This document shows, one piece after another, positions 51,829 to 64,000 of a stretch of DNA of 64,000 nucleotides. The translations under genes were made by a program, and so were the position numbers. Numbering within the stretch: position 1 is the first letter of the stretch; every line of letters begins with the position of its first letter. Under the pieces are notes generated by a model. It was not told the origin of the DNA and made no database searches. It saw only the letters and a program-made list of their open reading frames with translations. The DNA comes from Octopus vulgaris (taxonomy: Eukaryota): contig OX597826.1 in assembly GCA_951406725.2 (NCBI GenBank), positions 83,700,001 to 83,764,000 on the forward strand. The letters are read 5' to 3'.

Positions 51829-52140
51829 TAAATATAAATTAGATTAGAGATAAAACCACTATTAGGCAAATCAAACAGTGAAAAACATAAACCAAAACAT
51901 AAAAATAAAAATAATTAATATAATATACAAAATATATAAAATTTAAAAATTTAAATTTAAAATTAAAATTATTAATTTATATTTATAAATTAAATATAAA
52001 TTAGATTAGAGATAAAACCACTATTAGGCAAATCAAACAGTGAAAAACATAAACCAAAACATAAAAATAAATATAATTAATATAATATACAAAATATATA
52101 AAATATAAAATTTAAAATTAAATTAATTTAAATTAAAAAT
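51829..52140. repeat. 162-bp AT-rich tandem duplication (about two copies)
   Basis: TAAATATAAATTAGATTAGAGATAAAACCACTATTAGGCAAATCAAACAGTGAAAAACATAAACC occurs at 51829 and 51991. Confidence 0.9.
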
Positions 52141-52261
52141 TTTTAATTTATATTTATAAATTTTTATATTTTTTAATATTTTTTAATTTTAAATTTATAA
52201 ATTTTTAAACTTTTAATTTTTTAATATTTATATTTATATATACATATATTTTATATATAAC

Positions 52262-55175
52262 TAACCTGGCTCCATCAAACTCAATCTCGCAGATGGGACT
52301 ATCCACAATACACAAGACCGTCACAGCAAATAGACCCAAGGTGGACACCACCGGCAACAGCATACACATCATCTCGATGCTCCTACTGAACATCAGAGGA
52401 CTGCTAACACTCAGTAACAGGACAAAAATCCCGTTCTTGAGAGACTTTGTTGCATGCAATCAAGCCTTATGCATAGCACTTACGGAAACACACCTGAAAC
52501 CGGACATAGCAGATGCGGAAATACACATACCACAGTACGTTGTACTACAGACCGACAGAAAAGAAAGGAGTCATGGAGGAGTTGCTATGTACATCCGTGA
52601 GGACCTCACACCCCAGGTACTTTTGTCATACTCAAATTCGGTATGTGACACACTAATTGTACATATAAGGCAACTTGCTGTAGTTATATGTGCTACATAT
52701 CACCCTCCAGATGCCCCAAGCCATGTAGGCAAGTTTGAAGACTGCCTTATAAAAATAGAAGTTCTAGTCACATTAGAACAACATATAAGTGTACTTCTCA
52801 TGGGAGACTTCAATCTACCCAATGTCAGATGGCCCGAGGGCCTTTCTCTCCCAGGAATGACACGATGCGAACAAGGACAGGCGAGGTCCCTCCTGAACCT
52901 CATCAACACTCTGTACATGGAGCAAGTACTACTCCAACCAACCAGGGCAGGTAACATACTGGATCTCTGCTTCACAAATAATATGGATCTCATCCATAAT
53001 GTGAAAGTGACACCGACACTACTCTCGGATCACAACATGGTAGAGCTGACCATGTATGGGCCAAAGGAAAGCATGGACATGCAGCCTACAAGAAACTCTC
53101 AGAATCTTTCCAGCTTGAACTTCCATAAGGCAAACTGGAAACAAATTGAGAAAGAGATCCTCAAACAAAACTGGCCTGAATGTCTCTCCTCGCCAGACAT
53201 TGACATGAAACTTCAACAATTCATGTCTGTAATGCAAGCTATATGCTACAAATGTGTCCCCAGAGAGAAAGGCTACTGTACACAAGAACAAAATCCCCAG
53301 AGAGGGGAAAATTCTAATGAGACGGCGTACAAAAATTTCAAATTGCCTAAACAAACAAATTGAAAGCAGTGAAAAGTCCCGCCTGAAAATAAAACTGTTG
53401 GAAATTGAAAAATGTCTGCAACTCTCCCATGAAAAAGAAAGAGCAGACAAAGAAGCCTGGGTTATAGACAACATAAAATCTAACCCCAGAGCTTTCTACA
53501 GGTATGCCAAAGAAACAGCTACGGAGCACTGTAGGATAGGGCCACTCCTTGAAAAGGATGGCACACTCACAGGAAATCCAATGAGGGTAAGTGAAATACT
53601 AAATGAGCAATTCAAGAGTGTTTTCAATCCACCCCTAGGGCATTTTCAAGACAGCAATCCAACTGACTTCTTTACCACTGCAGATATAAAATCAGAGGCA
53701 GCGATGATTGATTACATCAATATAAAGGAAGATGATGTAATAAAGGCTATAGATGAAATGAAAACAAACTCAGCTACTGGCCCCGATGGATTCCCAGCAA
53801 TCCTTCTAAAAGTATGTAAGAGAGTCCTAGCAAGACCACTGCAGTTCCTCTTTCAGAGCTTCCTTCCAACTGGCAAACTTCCAAGAAAACTAAAGGAAGG
53901 TAAAATATGCCCTATTCATAAAGGAGGTAGCAGAGCGGAGGCCAAGAACTACAGACCTATCTCTCTGACCTCACACATCAGCAAGGTCATGGAACGAATA
54001 GTCAGAAGGAAACTAATCACCTTCCTTGAAGAAAATGACTTGCTGCCTGACACCCAACATGGTTTCCGACCAGGAAGAAGCTGCTTAACTCAGCTCCTAA
54101 AATACTATGACTGGGTGCTGAAATGACTGCTCAACCACTCAAATGTGGAAGTGATATATCTCGACTTTGCAAAGGCCTTTGATAAAGTCAATCATGGAAT
54201 GATATGTCACAAACTGCGTGATCTTGGCATAGTTGGAAAACTGGGAGAATGGCTTCATGACTTTCTGAAGGATAGAAGTCAGGTGGTAGTAGCCAATGGG
54301 GCCACTTCCATTAACACGCAAATAGTGAGCAGTGTTCCGCAAGGCACTGTTTTGGGACCACTACTGTTCATAATGGCCCTCTCAGACATGCCCTCAGCCA
54401 CGCAGAGAGCCACGATCACAAGTTATGCAGATGATACAAAAGTTTCACAGGCAATACAGAACCCTGAAGGACACTAAAAACCTGCAATGTGAGCTGGACA
54501 AAATATACAAGTGGGCTGAAAAGAATAGCATGCAGTTCAATGCTGAAAAGTTTCAAGCTTTATGCTATCAGCATGCAAAACTAAATGCAATACCCAATAA
54601 ATACACTGGACCTGGAGGGATTGCAATCCCAGAGGCACAATCAGTGCGAGACCTGGGTATTTACATGAGTGATGATGCAACCTTTCATGTGCATATTGCT
54701 AGTTTGGCGGTGAAATGTAGGCGGCTGACCGGATGGATTCTTAGAACCTTTAGAACAAGAGGCCTGGAAACCATGATGGTCCTCTGGAGGACACTTGTTC
54801 TAAGCCACTTTGACTATTGCTCTCAGCTATGGTCACCATCCAGTGTCAAGTTAATCACAGAACTTGAAGCGATCCAACGAAGCTACACGAAGAAGATAGC
54901 CTCTGTGCAGCATATAAGCTATTGGGAAAGACTCAAGAGATTGAGACTCTATTCCTTAGAGCATAGGCGAGAAAGATATGCCATAATATACATCTGGAAG
55001 ATCCTAGAAGGACTTGTCCCAAACTTTGGCATCGAGAGTTACACAAATGCCAGAACTGGGCGCCACTGCATGGTGCCAAGGACTCCAAATTTGCCATCAA
55101 GATGTAGGACAAGATACTGTGATAGCCTGGGCTTCCGAAGCCCACAGCTCTTCAATATCCTCCCGAAGAACCTAA
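52262..55175 (+). mobile_element. CR1-group LINE ORF2 (APE endonuclease plus reverse transcriptase), nearly complete pseudogene
   Basis: APE motifs: LLNIRGL, IALTETHL, GGVAMYIRE, YHPP, MGDFNLP, PTRAGNILDL, SDHNMV. RT motifs: GPDG, PIHKGG, NYRPISLTS, QHGFRPGRSC, YLDFAKAFDKV, VPQGTVLGP, YADD. C-terminus: YCSQLWSP, YWERLKRLRLYSL. Frameshifts near 53260 and 54465; TGA at 54124. Confidence 0.95.
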
Positions 55176-55364
55176 GAAAAAGTAATAAAAACATGGATTT
55201 TTCTTTTTCTTTTGTCTTGATTACGTTTTGGTTGTTTTGCTAAATTTTTCTCGAACATTTCTTAGTGGTGAGACCATAGCGGATCTATTTCTAGCATATG
55301 GGTGTCCACATAGGGGTTTCCCTCATATATATATATATATATATATACTGCACTACATATATTT

Positions 55365-55685
55365 TTATTCTTCTACTTGTTAATCAAAGAAATCAACCCC
55401 AGGACTTATTCTGTGTAAGCCTAGTACTTATTCTATCAGTCACTTTTGTTGAACTGCTAAGTTATGGGGGACGTAAACACACCAACATCAGTTGTCAGGT
55501 GATGATGGGGACAAACAGGCACACACACACACATGCAAATACACATACACATGACGGGCTTCTTTCTGTTTCCATCAAGCAAAATCCACTCACAAGGCTT
55601 TGGTTGACCCAAAGCTATAGTTGAAGGCACTTGCCCCAGGTGGGACTGAACCCAGAACCATGTGGTTGGGAAGAAAGCTTCTTAC

Positions 55686-55690
<5 letters not shown>
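55365..55690 (-). mobile_element. SINE family B
   Basis: Reverse-complement tail (CCCCAGGACTTATTCTGTGTAAGCCTAGTACTTATTC), (CA)n and head. Confidence 0.88.
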
Positions 55691-55719
<29 letters not shown>

Positions 55720-55732
55720 TACTCATGCATAC

Positions 55733-55786
<54 letters not shown>

Positions 55787-55936
55787 AAGCGACAAAAATA
55801 TTTTGGCAAATTAAATTTAAATGTTGAAGTGAATCTAACAGTTTTTGTGTTTTTTAAATGGCATGCCATGCTGCAATTGTTTTTGTTCCAGCACATGATC
55901 TCAGATCAGATCACTTGCTATGCAAGTACATCTCCG

Positions 55937-55983
<47 letters not shown>

Positions 55984-56479
55984 TATACAGAGAGGGAGAG
56001 AGTGAGAGAGATGTGTTGTTTTACACTCTCTCTTTCTTCTTTCTCCTCTCCCTTTACCTTACTCTTTCTCTCTTTCTCTTTACCCTTAACTTCATATTCT
56101 CTCTTTTCTCCTGCCCCCTCCTCTGTGGGCTGTATAACCCTTTTCTTCTTTTTTTTCCCTTCCCCTTATCTTACAAACACACTGATTCCACCCCTTCAAC
56201 TTTCCTATTCTTTCATTCTTGCTTTTGGTTGTTCATTGCTCCCCCTCCATACCCTATCCACCCCTCTCCTATCTCCTCCCCCTCCATTCCCATTAAATCT
56301 TTGTAATTCTAACTCCCTTTTTTTCTCAAACCTCTTCCTTTCATCATAATTCTTCTTAATTTATCTCCATTTGTCAGATTCATAGGAAATTCCTCTCCCC
56401 CATCATTACCTCCCCCACTCCATTTCTCTTATATTTTTCTTTCTTTTCTATTTATTCATCATCATCATCATCATCATCA

Positions 56480-56511
<32 letters not shown>

Positions 56512-56819
56512 TCACCAAATCAGTGAACTGGAACCAAACACATTCTTTATTTGAAGAATTTCTTTTAACAGGTTTACATCCATTTTACAATGATAAAATT
56601 GGTGGGAAGGTTCAGCACACTTCAATGGAATTTAACCATTTCTTTATCTTCTTTTAATGCCATGCAAGAGTTTTGGGTTAGATTCTTCTTTGCAGGAGAT
56701 CAACTTTGTCTCTTTTCTATGGAAAAGGGTCAATAAAATAATTAAGCAATCTCTGATTAAATCCAAATTAATTGACCAAACTTTATTCTGACTTTGTGGC
56801 ATTATGGTTTTATGCTTAA

Positions 56820-57185
56820 CATCTTCTTGCTTTCAGTCACTGAACTGTGGCCATGCTGGAGCACTGACTTGAAGGATTTACTACAACAAATTGCCCCACC
56901 ATCACCACCACCACCAGCATGTATTTTTAAGTGTGGTAGTTATTCTGTCAATCTCTTATGCCAAACGATTAAATCATGGGGATGTAAATAAACCAACCCT
57001 AGTTGTCAAGCAACACACGCATATACAACAGGCTTCCACACAGTTTCCTTCTACCAAATTCACTTACAAGACATTGGTTGGCTATAGGTTAGAAGACTTT
57101 TGCTCAAGGTGCTGCCTAGTGGAGGGATTGAACCTGGAATTGTGTGGTTGCAAAATGAGCTTCTTAACCACACAGCCGTGCCTGT
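56820..57185 (-). mobile_element. SINE family B, diverged
   Basis: TGTGGCCATGCTGGAGCAC tail and CTTAACCACACAGCCGTGCCTG head on the minus strand. Confidence 0.8.
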
Positions 57186-57296
57186 ACTTAGAAACAACCT
57201 AGATTCCAGGGAGTATTGAACTCATAACCTTCTGCATTAGGCAGATGGGAAAACCACTACACCCTGCCATGGGGATACATACACGCACACACACAT

Positions 57297-57329
<33 letters not shown>

Positions 57330-58512
57330 GAGCCACTCACACATACGTCCACGCACACAACAAGCTTCTACATAGTCTCTGCCTACTAATTTACAGTCAA
57401 GCTGAGGAGGCTAATACCATGTAAACAGAAAGCCAGTTCCAGCCATGACCATCTCACCTAAATATATATATATCAAGGATTATAGTATCAGATTCTTCTT
57501 CATCTTAGACAATGGAGTGTGATTTTAACAAGATTTAACTGCTATTTTTAGTAGATTTAAGCAACCACCTCGAGGTTCCTGGGTTGGTTCAGGGCTCCAA
57601 GCTAAATGCTGCAGGATGTTCTTTGATTAAACCTCAGCGCCGGCTTTAAAATAGATAAGAACAGGAAAAAGCAAGAAATAAAAACTAAATTTTATCTGCA
57701 AAACTGAGACTGGCAGAAGTTTGTTGTGTGAAGTGTTTATATTTTGTTTTCGGTGCTGCCTCATTTCTGAGATAATCTTTTATCTTTATATTATTTGGAA
57801 GAAAAAAGAAGTCTTGGAGGTCTTCACTACAACTGGCAAATTTGGTAAAGCGCAATATCTGTAGAGAGGGCAGATTTGGATTGGGTTTTCTTTCAAAGGA
57901 TTATTTTTAGCTTTATGGTTAACCTAAGAGTAACTGAGAAGATATCAAGTGTGTGCACACACACACACACACACACACATGCACAGACACGCATGTGTGC
58001 ACATACACATACACACAGGCATTCATACACACACATGTACATAAACACACAAACACATGGACTTACACACACACACACACCACATTCGCATACACACACA
58101 CAGCTGTACACATTTACACATGTACACACACTGGGGGAGTAAATTAAGACCATCAAACTGTAGGCATACGGTTTTTAAGTTCATGTCCAGTTGAAGTCAA
58201 GATTTGTACTCTTTGACAAGATCTTCATCACTACTTGCACAGCATATAAGATAGTGACAAAACATACTTAAAATTGGGAAAATAAATCTAAGAATATTGA
58301 TCAACAGCTGACCCCAAACTGCTATACTACCCCCACTACCCAACACCTTGTACCATGAAGAAAAGGTCACATGGCTTACAATGTTTGTGTATGAGGTTAT
58401 ATGTTTTTACTAGTTTCAGGCCATGCTGGAGCTCTTTGGTGTAACCATATTTGGAGAGTTGGATATTGATTTATATAAAGCATGGAAGGAAAGAAGAGAA
58501 ATAAAGAGAAAA

Positions 58513-58817
58513 GAAAGTGGGTGACATGGTGACAACTTACCACATGGAGAAAGTGGGTGACATGGTGACAACTTACCACATGGAGAAAGTGGGTGACATG
58601 GTGACAACTTACCACATGGAGAAAGTGGGTGACATGGTGACAACTTACTACATGAAGAAACTGGGTGACATGGTGACATCTTACCACATGGTGACAACTT
58701 ACCACATGAAGAAACTGGGTGACATGGTGACAACTTACCACATGGAGAAAGTGGGTGACATGGTGACAACTTACCACATGGAGAAAGTGGGTGACATGGT
58801 GACAACTTATCACATGG
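58513..58817. repeat. 36-bp minisatellite, 8 units plus one extra 18-bp sub-unit
   Basis: Unit GAAAGTGGGTGACATGGTGACAACTTACCACATGGA starts at 58513, 58549, 58585, 58621, 58657 (54 bp), 58711, 58747 and 58783. Confidence 0.97.
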
Positions 58818-58864
58818 CGAATTCAAAGAGTTAAAACTGTATAAAATATAAAAATAATCATAAT

Positions 58865-59235
58865 GTGCAGACGTGGCTGTGTGGGAAGAAGGTTGCTTCC
58901 CAACAATATGGTTCCAGGTTCAGTTCCTGTGTGTGGTAGCTTAAGCAAGTGTGTTCTACTATAGTCTCAGGTTGACCAAAGCTTTGTGAATGGATTTGGT
59001 AGACGGAAACTGAAAGAAGCCTGTTATGTGCATGTGTGATTGCCACAACTTCACTACTGGTGCAGGTGTGTTTCCATTCCTGTAACTTAGCAGTTTAGCA
59101 AAAGAGACTGATAGAATAAGTACCAGGCAATAACAAAAATGAGTCCTGGATTGGATTCATTCAACTGAAAGTTCTTCAAGGCAGTGCCCCAGCATGGCCA
59201 CAGTCTAATGAGACTGAAACAAGTAAAAGATAAAA
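58865..59235 (+). mobile_element. SINE family B
   Basis: Head GTGGCTGTGTGGGAAGAAGGTTGCTTCCC and tail GACTGAAACAAGTAAAAGATAAAA. Confidence 0.88.
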
Positions 59236-59759
59236 TATATTATTTAAAAGTTGTCATGAACATTATAACAAATATTATGAGTAATTTTCTTGGGGGACAC
59301 AACCATATTTTCCTTATAATTAATTCAGCCAATAACACTCAAAGTTTGTATTTGTTCAAAATTAATCTTTTATTTATACGAAATTCCCTCAAGCCAACTG
59401 TCAGTCTTTTTTTATTATTATTATTGTTGTTGTTGTTGTTGTATCAAAGAATATTTAAATAGACTTCATCATGCAATTTTGTCTTTGTTCTGTTTTGGAG
59501 AATTACTTTCTAGCATTCTTGAAACACTAATCACTTCTGTTTATCCTAAGAATCATTAAGTAAACAATAAAAGACATAATTACTTCAAATTAATTGATTC
59601 TATAATAATAAACCCCTTTTTTGTTAAACACGCAACCCTTCACACTCATCCTTTCTCTCTCTCTCTCTCTTTCTCTCCCTCTCTCTCTCCCCCTCTTTTT
59701 CATGAGAGAGAAAGAGCAAGAGAGTGTCTCTATTACAAAATATCAACTAATATGGCCTT

Positions 59760-60222
59760 CAAATTTTAGCACAAGGCCAGCAATTGCGAGGGTGGGGATT
59801 AGTTGAGGGTGGAGGTTAACTGGTAACTACTTCATCAACCCTGGAAGGATGAAAAGCAAAGTCAACCTCAGTGGAATTTGAACTCAGAACATAAAGACAA
59901 ATGAGATGCCACTCATCATTCCACCCTGCATGTTAACGATTCCGTCAGAAGAATTCATCAACAAATAAGAAAAGCCTTCATTCATTTCCAGGTATTTCTG
60001 TGAATTTCCTGGTAAATGAAAAGCAATCAGTTAATTTCTACCTGCAGCATTCATATGAGTTGGCAGTATTTCCTGCCAGTACTTTGTGTTCTGTGTTCAA
60101 ATTCATTTGCTGTCGACTTTGCCTTTCATCTCTGCTGGGTTCATAAAATAAAGTACCAAGCGCTGGGTTAGTTGTAACAGCTGCTCACCCCACCCTGCCC
60201 TTCCAAATTGCCGGCCTTGTGT
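59760..60222. mobile_element. Two family A SINEs in inverted (divergent) orientation
   Basis: Minus copy 59760-59950 (GGATGAAAAGCAAAGTCAACCTCAGTGGAATTTGAACTC); plus copy 60055-60222 (GTCGACTTTGCCTTTCATC). Confidence 0.75.
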
Positions 60223-60985
60223 CACCGTTTCCCATGCTGACACGAGCTGGACTGTTTGACAGGATCTGGCAAGGGAGAAAGCTCCTATTGGCTGCTTTGG
60301 CCCGGTTTCTATGGCTTGATGCCCTTCCTAACAGGACAACTGGAGCCTGGTGCAGTTCCCTATCTTTGCCAGCCCCGGTCAAACCGTCCAACCCAACCCA
60401 GCACAGAAAACAGACAACAAATTTTGATGAGAATGACACAAGGCTTGCAACTGGGGTGGGGTGGGGGTGGTTAGCAGGTACAATTGACCCAAATAAGAAA
60501 CAATTACGCACACACACACACACACACACACATACACACACACATACACACACACACACACATGCTTAGAAAAGCAACAAATTATAAACTATAAGGAACG
60601 AGAGTGAGTTATTAGTTAAGAAGAAAGACAACATCTTTTTATGTCAAGTCAATGGCTAAAACTTCATTTCTGTAAGAAACTTGTTTGGGAATATAAGGGA
60701 CTTTATGAGTAATTACTTAAATATGTTAAGGATAAAGAAGAAACACCAGAAAAAGGGACATTATGTGAAGCTGTCTTTCATAAATCTCCCTCCTTTGTTG
60801 TTAGCAGTTCTACTCTAATAACCATCATCATCACCCCCAACACCTCTTTCATCCCAATTCTTACTCTAAACCTTTATGCCAGGGATTCCTAACTTGTTTT
60901 TTTGTTGTTTTTGCCTGTGGACCCTTTTAACTTTGATTTTACTCTTCTCGGTCTCCATACTCATTTGGCATTTAAAAAACCCTGT

Positions 60986-61545
60986 TCATCATCGTTTAAC
61001 GTCCGACAGTTCAACTGGGGTCTGGGAAGCCAGGAGGCTGCACCGGCCCAGTTTGATCTGGCTGTGTTTCTTCATCTGGATGCCCTTCCTAACGCCAACC
61101 ACTCTGAGAGTGTAGTCAGTGCTTTTTACATGGCACCAGCACGGGCTAGAGGGGGCTGGCATCAACCACGATTGGATGGTGCTTTTTATGTGCCACCAGC
61201 ACAGAAGCCAGTCAAAGTGGCACTGGCATCGGTCACGTTCGGATGGTGCTTTTTACGTGCTACTGGCATGGGAGTCACAACTACAATTTCTATTTGATTT
61301 GATATTAATGTTGATGTTGATGTACTTGACTCCTCAAGCACAGCATGTCACCCTATGATCCAAGGTACTTTTGGAAGGGCTGGTTATGGTGACACTGGTG
61401 TCGGTTACAGCCGTGAACTCACTTTATTTGCTGGGTCTTCGCAGTCACAGCATATCTCCAGAAGTCTTGGTCTTTTATCATTGCCTCTGTGTGGCCCAAC
61501 GTTCGAAGGTCATGCTTCACCCATGTCTTCCCGGGTCTCCCGCTA
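60986..61545 (-). mobile_element. RTE LINE 3' end
   Basis: TCATCATCGTTTAACGTCCG tail, GGATGCCCTTCCTAACGCCAACC, UTR repeats and CCCAACGTTCGAAGGTCATGCTTCACC. Confidence 0.9.
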
Positions 61546-62232
61546 CTCCATATTTCAATAATTAGATATTATTAGGAATTGTATAAAAAAAAAATTGTTA
61601 TTGTTAAAGTAGAACCAATTTCTTGGGCATAAAATCTTCTATGGACCCCTAAGGGCCATTTGGACCCTGGTTGTGAGCCACAGCTTTATGCACTTGATTA
61701 CCTTACAAATAATAGCAGCCAATTCTCCTTCAAATCACTCTTAAAGACATTTCACTTATCAGAACACTTGCCTAAGGTGCCATGCAGTGAGACTGAACCT
61801 GGAACCATGTGGTTGGTAAGCAAGCTACTTATCACACAGCCATTCCTGCACCTACATCATCATCATTTAACGTCCGTTTTTTTAAGCTGGCATGGGTTGG
61901 ACGATTTGACTAAAAACTGGTCAGCTGGGGAGCTGCACTGGGTTCCAATCAGATTTCTGGTTTGGCCTGGTTCCAATCAGCTGGATGTCCTTCCCAACGC
62001 CAACCTGGATGGGTTCCCTGCATATAGGAATGGAACAGGATGGTCACTGCTGGAATGCTTTTGATCACAAGTCTGCTCAATCAGAGCTGACCTGGGGTTA
62101 AATAACAACAATTATCACAGTTGTGAGCCAACAAAGCAGCCTGTACAGAGTCACTTGACCTGCTAGAAATAGCAAGCAAATTTTCCTCAAATCCCATCTT
62201 ACAGTGTCTTGAAAATAGAGTACACATTAAAG

Positions 62233-62507
62233 CAGTGATTTTCAACCAGGGTCCATATAAGATTTTAAGGGCCCCTGAAAAAGATTTGCTTTAGATGTAT
62301 GTATTGGTCTGTATTGCAAGAAACAGCTGGGTTTCTTTCTCTGACCTTTTACATGGTTCAACCTACACAAATTAATGTGAGAAAAACAAAGTATTTTGAA
62401 AGGAGTTTCTATAAAACCAGTTTTTAGACATGGAATGGCTTTGGGGGTCAACCGGAATAAAATAGTAGTCAAAGGGGTTCACGATGACAAATGGTTGAGA
62501 ACCCCTG
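62233..62507 (+). mobile_element. hAT (Charlie-type) MITE with an 8-bp TSD
   Basis: TIRs CAGTGATTTTCAACC / GGTTGAGAACCCCTG; flanks CATTAAAG / CATTAAAC (7 of 8 match). Confidence 0.88.
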
Positions 62508-62748
62508 CATTAAACAATGTAATTGTTTTATATATACCAAATGATGGGTTGGTCATGGATGGAATGCTTTTGATCAGTGTTGCCTATCACAATTACCACC
62601 ACTCCCACCTCAAGCACTAACTGCCATTAGGATCAGTAGCAGCAGCTTTGCCAACATTATTATTATTATTATCCTAAGCAGCTGTTTAAGCCATCACTTG
62701 AAGCCAGCTGACAGGAAAGAAGACACTGATGCTGCTGTCCATCCAAGA

Positions 62749-62810
<62 letters not shown>

Positions 62811-63028
62811 CTCTCACTCCACCGCCTCCATTATCAATCCTTACAAGAGAAACAGAGACAGGCAGGCAGCACTGGAATGTTTGATCCCCTGCACAGATAG
62901 AAGGAGTGTCACCCAAAGGAGTGAGCCAGTCCCTTCTCTGTTATGCTTAGGGACCTGCTGTTTATCTTCTCAGCTTTCACTTCTAGTTTATCTCTACTTC
63001 CCTCCCTCACAACCCCAGCTCACTTCAC

Positions 63029-63062
<34 letters not shown>

Positions 63063-63681
63063 TCTCTCTTTCTCTGGCCTGCTGCCCTACCCACCACCAC
63101 TGCCCTCTAAACACTTGTAGCAGAACCATCACCTAAAGCATCCCATGTCAGTGACCCCCTAATTACTTTAAGACACAACAACATTCTTCTCAAATTCCAC
63201 ATTCCCAAAATGCAGGAACCAAGAAAACCAGGCAATTGTCATAGACCAGGTTTATAGCCAAACACCAACATTATACACACACACACATTCTTTTATTCAT
63301 TAATTCTTTTGCTTGTTTCAGTATATATATATATATATATATATGCGTGTATATATTCTATTCACAAAGTGTTAGCTACAATAAAAGACATTTCTTCAAG
63401 GTGTTGCACAGCAGCATCAAACCTAGGATCACACGGTTGCAAAGGGAGCTGGGTTTTTTATTTTAGCTATACCACCAGTGAAGTGGTCAAGGCTGGAGAA
63501 CATCTGATTAGAATTCATTCAATCAAACCTGACCTGGGGCTAAACAACAACAACAGTACTTGTTTAACCTTAAAAAAAGCATAACAAGGAGAAGAAAGGG
63601 ACAAAGTGAAGAACTCTTTGAGTTGCACAAAACTTGCAACAACAAAATTTGAGAACATTGAACATGGTCCGTATGGCTCTA

Positions 63682-63683
63682 CT

Positions 63684-63714
<31 letters not shown>

Positions 63715-63770
63715 CTATTATTATTATTAATTATTATCATTATTATTATCATTACTATTATTATTATTAC

Positions 63771-63812
<42 letters not shown>

Positions 63813-63820
63813 CATTATAA
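63682..63820. repeat. (CAT)n then (TAT)n trinucleotide microsatellite
   Basis: Directly visible. Confidence 0.95.
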
Positions 63821-64000
63821 GGTACATGTTTATACTCCGTGTATGTATATATTATATGACAGAACTTGGGATATTCAATAGCAGTAAAAATTGTGTATAT
63901 GTATGTATATATGTGTCCTTTACTTCTGTCATATATATACATATATTATATATGTGTGTGTGTATGTATGTATATTTACATATATATAGCACTCTCAGGC

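Noticed and set aside
58513-58817. 36-bp repeat as a CRISPR array
   Set aside because: Units are head-to-tail with no unique spacers; eukaryotic context; no cas genes.

Overview
AT-rich, microsatellite-dense animal genomic DNA. The repeat content (tRNA-derived SINEs carrying an internal TA/CA microsatellite, RTE LINE 3' ends with (GAT)n tails) strongly suggests an octopus or other cephalopod; this is inferred from recognised repeat families, not from a database search. No intact, recognisable host protein-coding gene is present, and most ORFs in the track are microsatellite translations or transposon fragments. Supported content: a decayed mariner transposon (about 4.8-6.0 kb); a 5'-truncated RTE LINE with a PHD-type zinc finger inside its RT (12.8-15.6 kb) plus many RTE 3' fragments; an old L1/Tx1-like remnant; a Tigger/pogo remnant; a near-complete CR1-group ORF2 (APE+RT, 52.3-55.2 kb); several MITEs (hAT-type, Merlin-like, a 294-bp foldback); three SINE families; and a 36-bp minisatellite. 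The standout is a nearly full-length U6 snRNA retrocopy whose 3' U-tract is fused directly to an RTE LINE 3' end (50326-50592), a U6/LINE chimera in an invertebrate. Also noted: several degenerate hammerhead-ribozyme-like motifs, and candidate exons of an unannotated host transcript (donor after 25597, exon 33270-33339). Repeat boundaries are by-eye estimates unless a TSD or TIR is cited.
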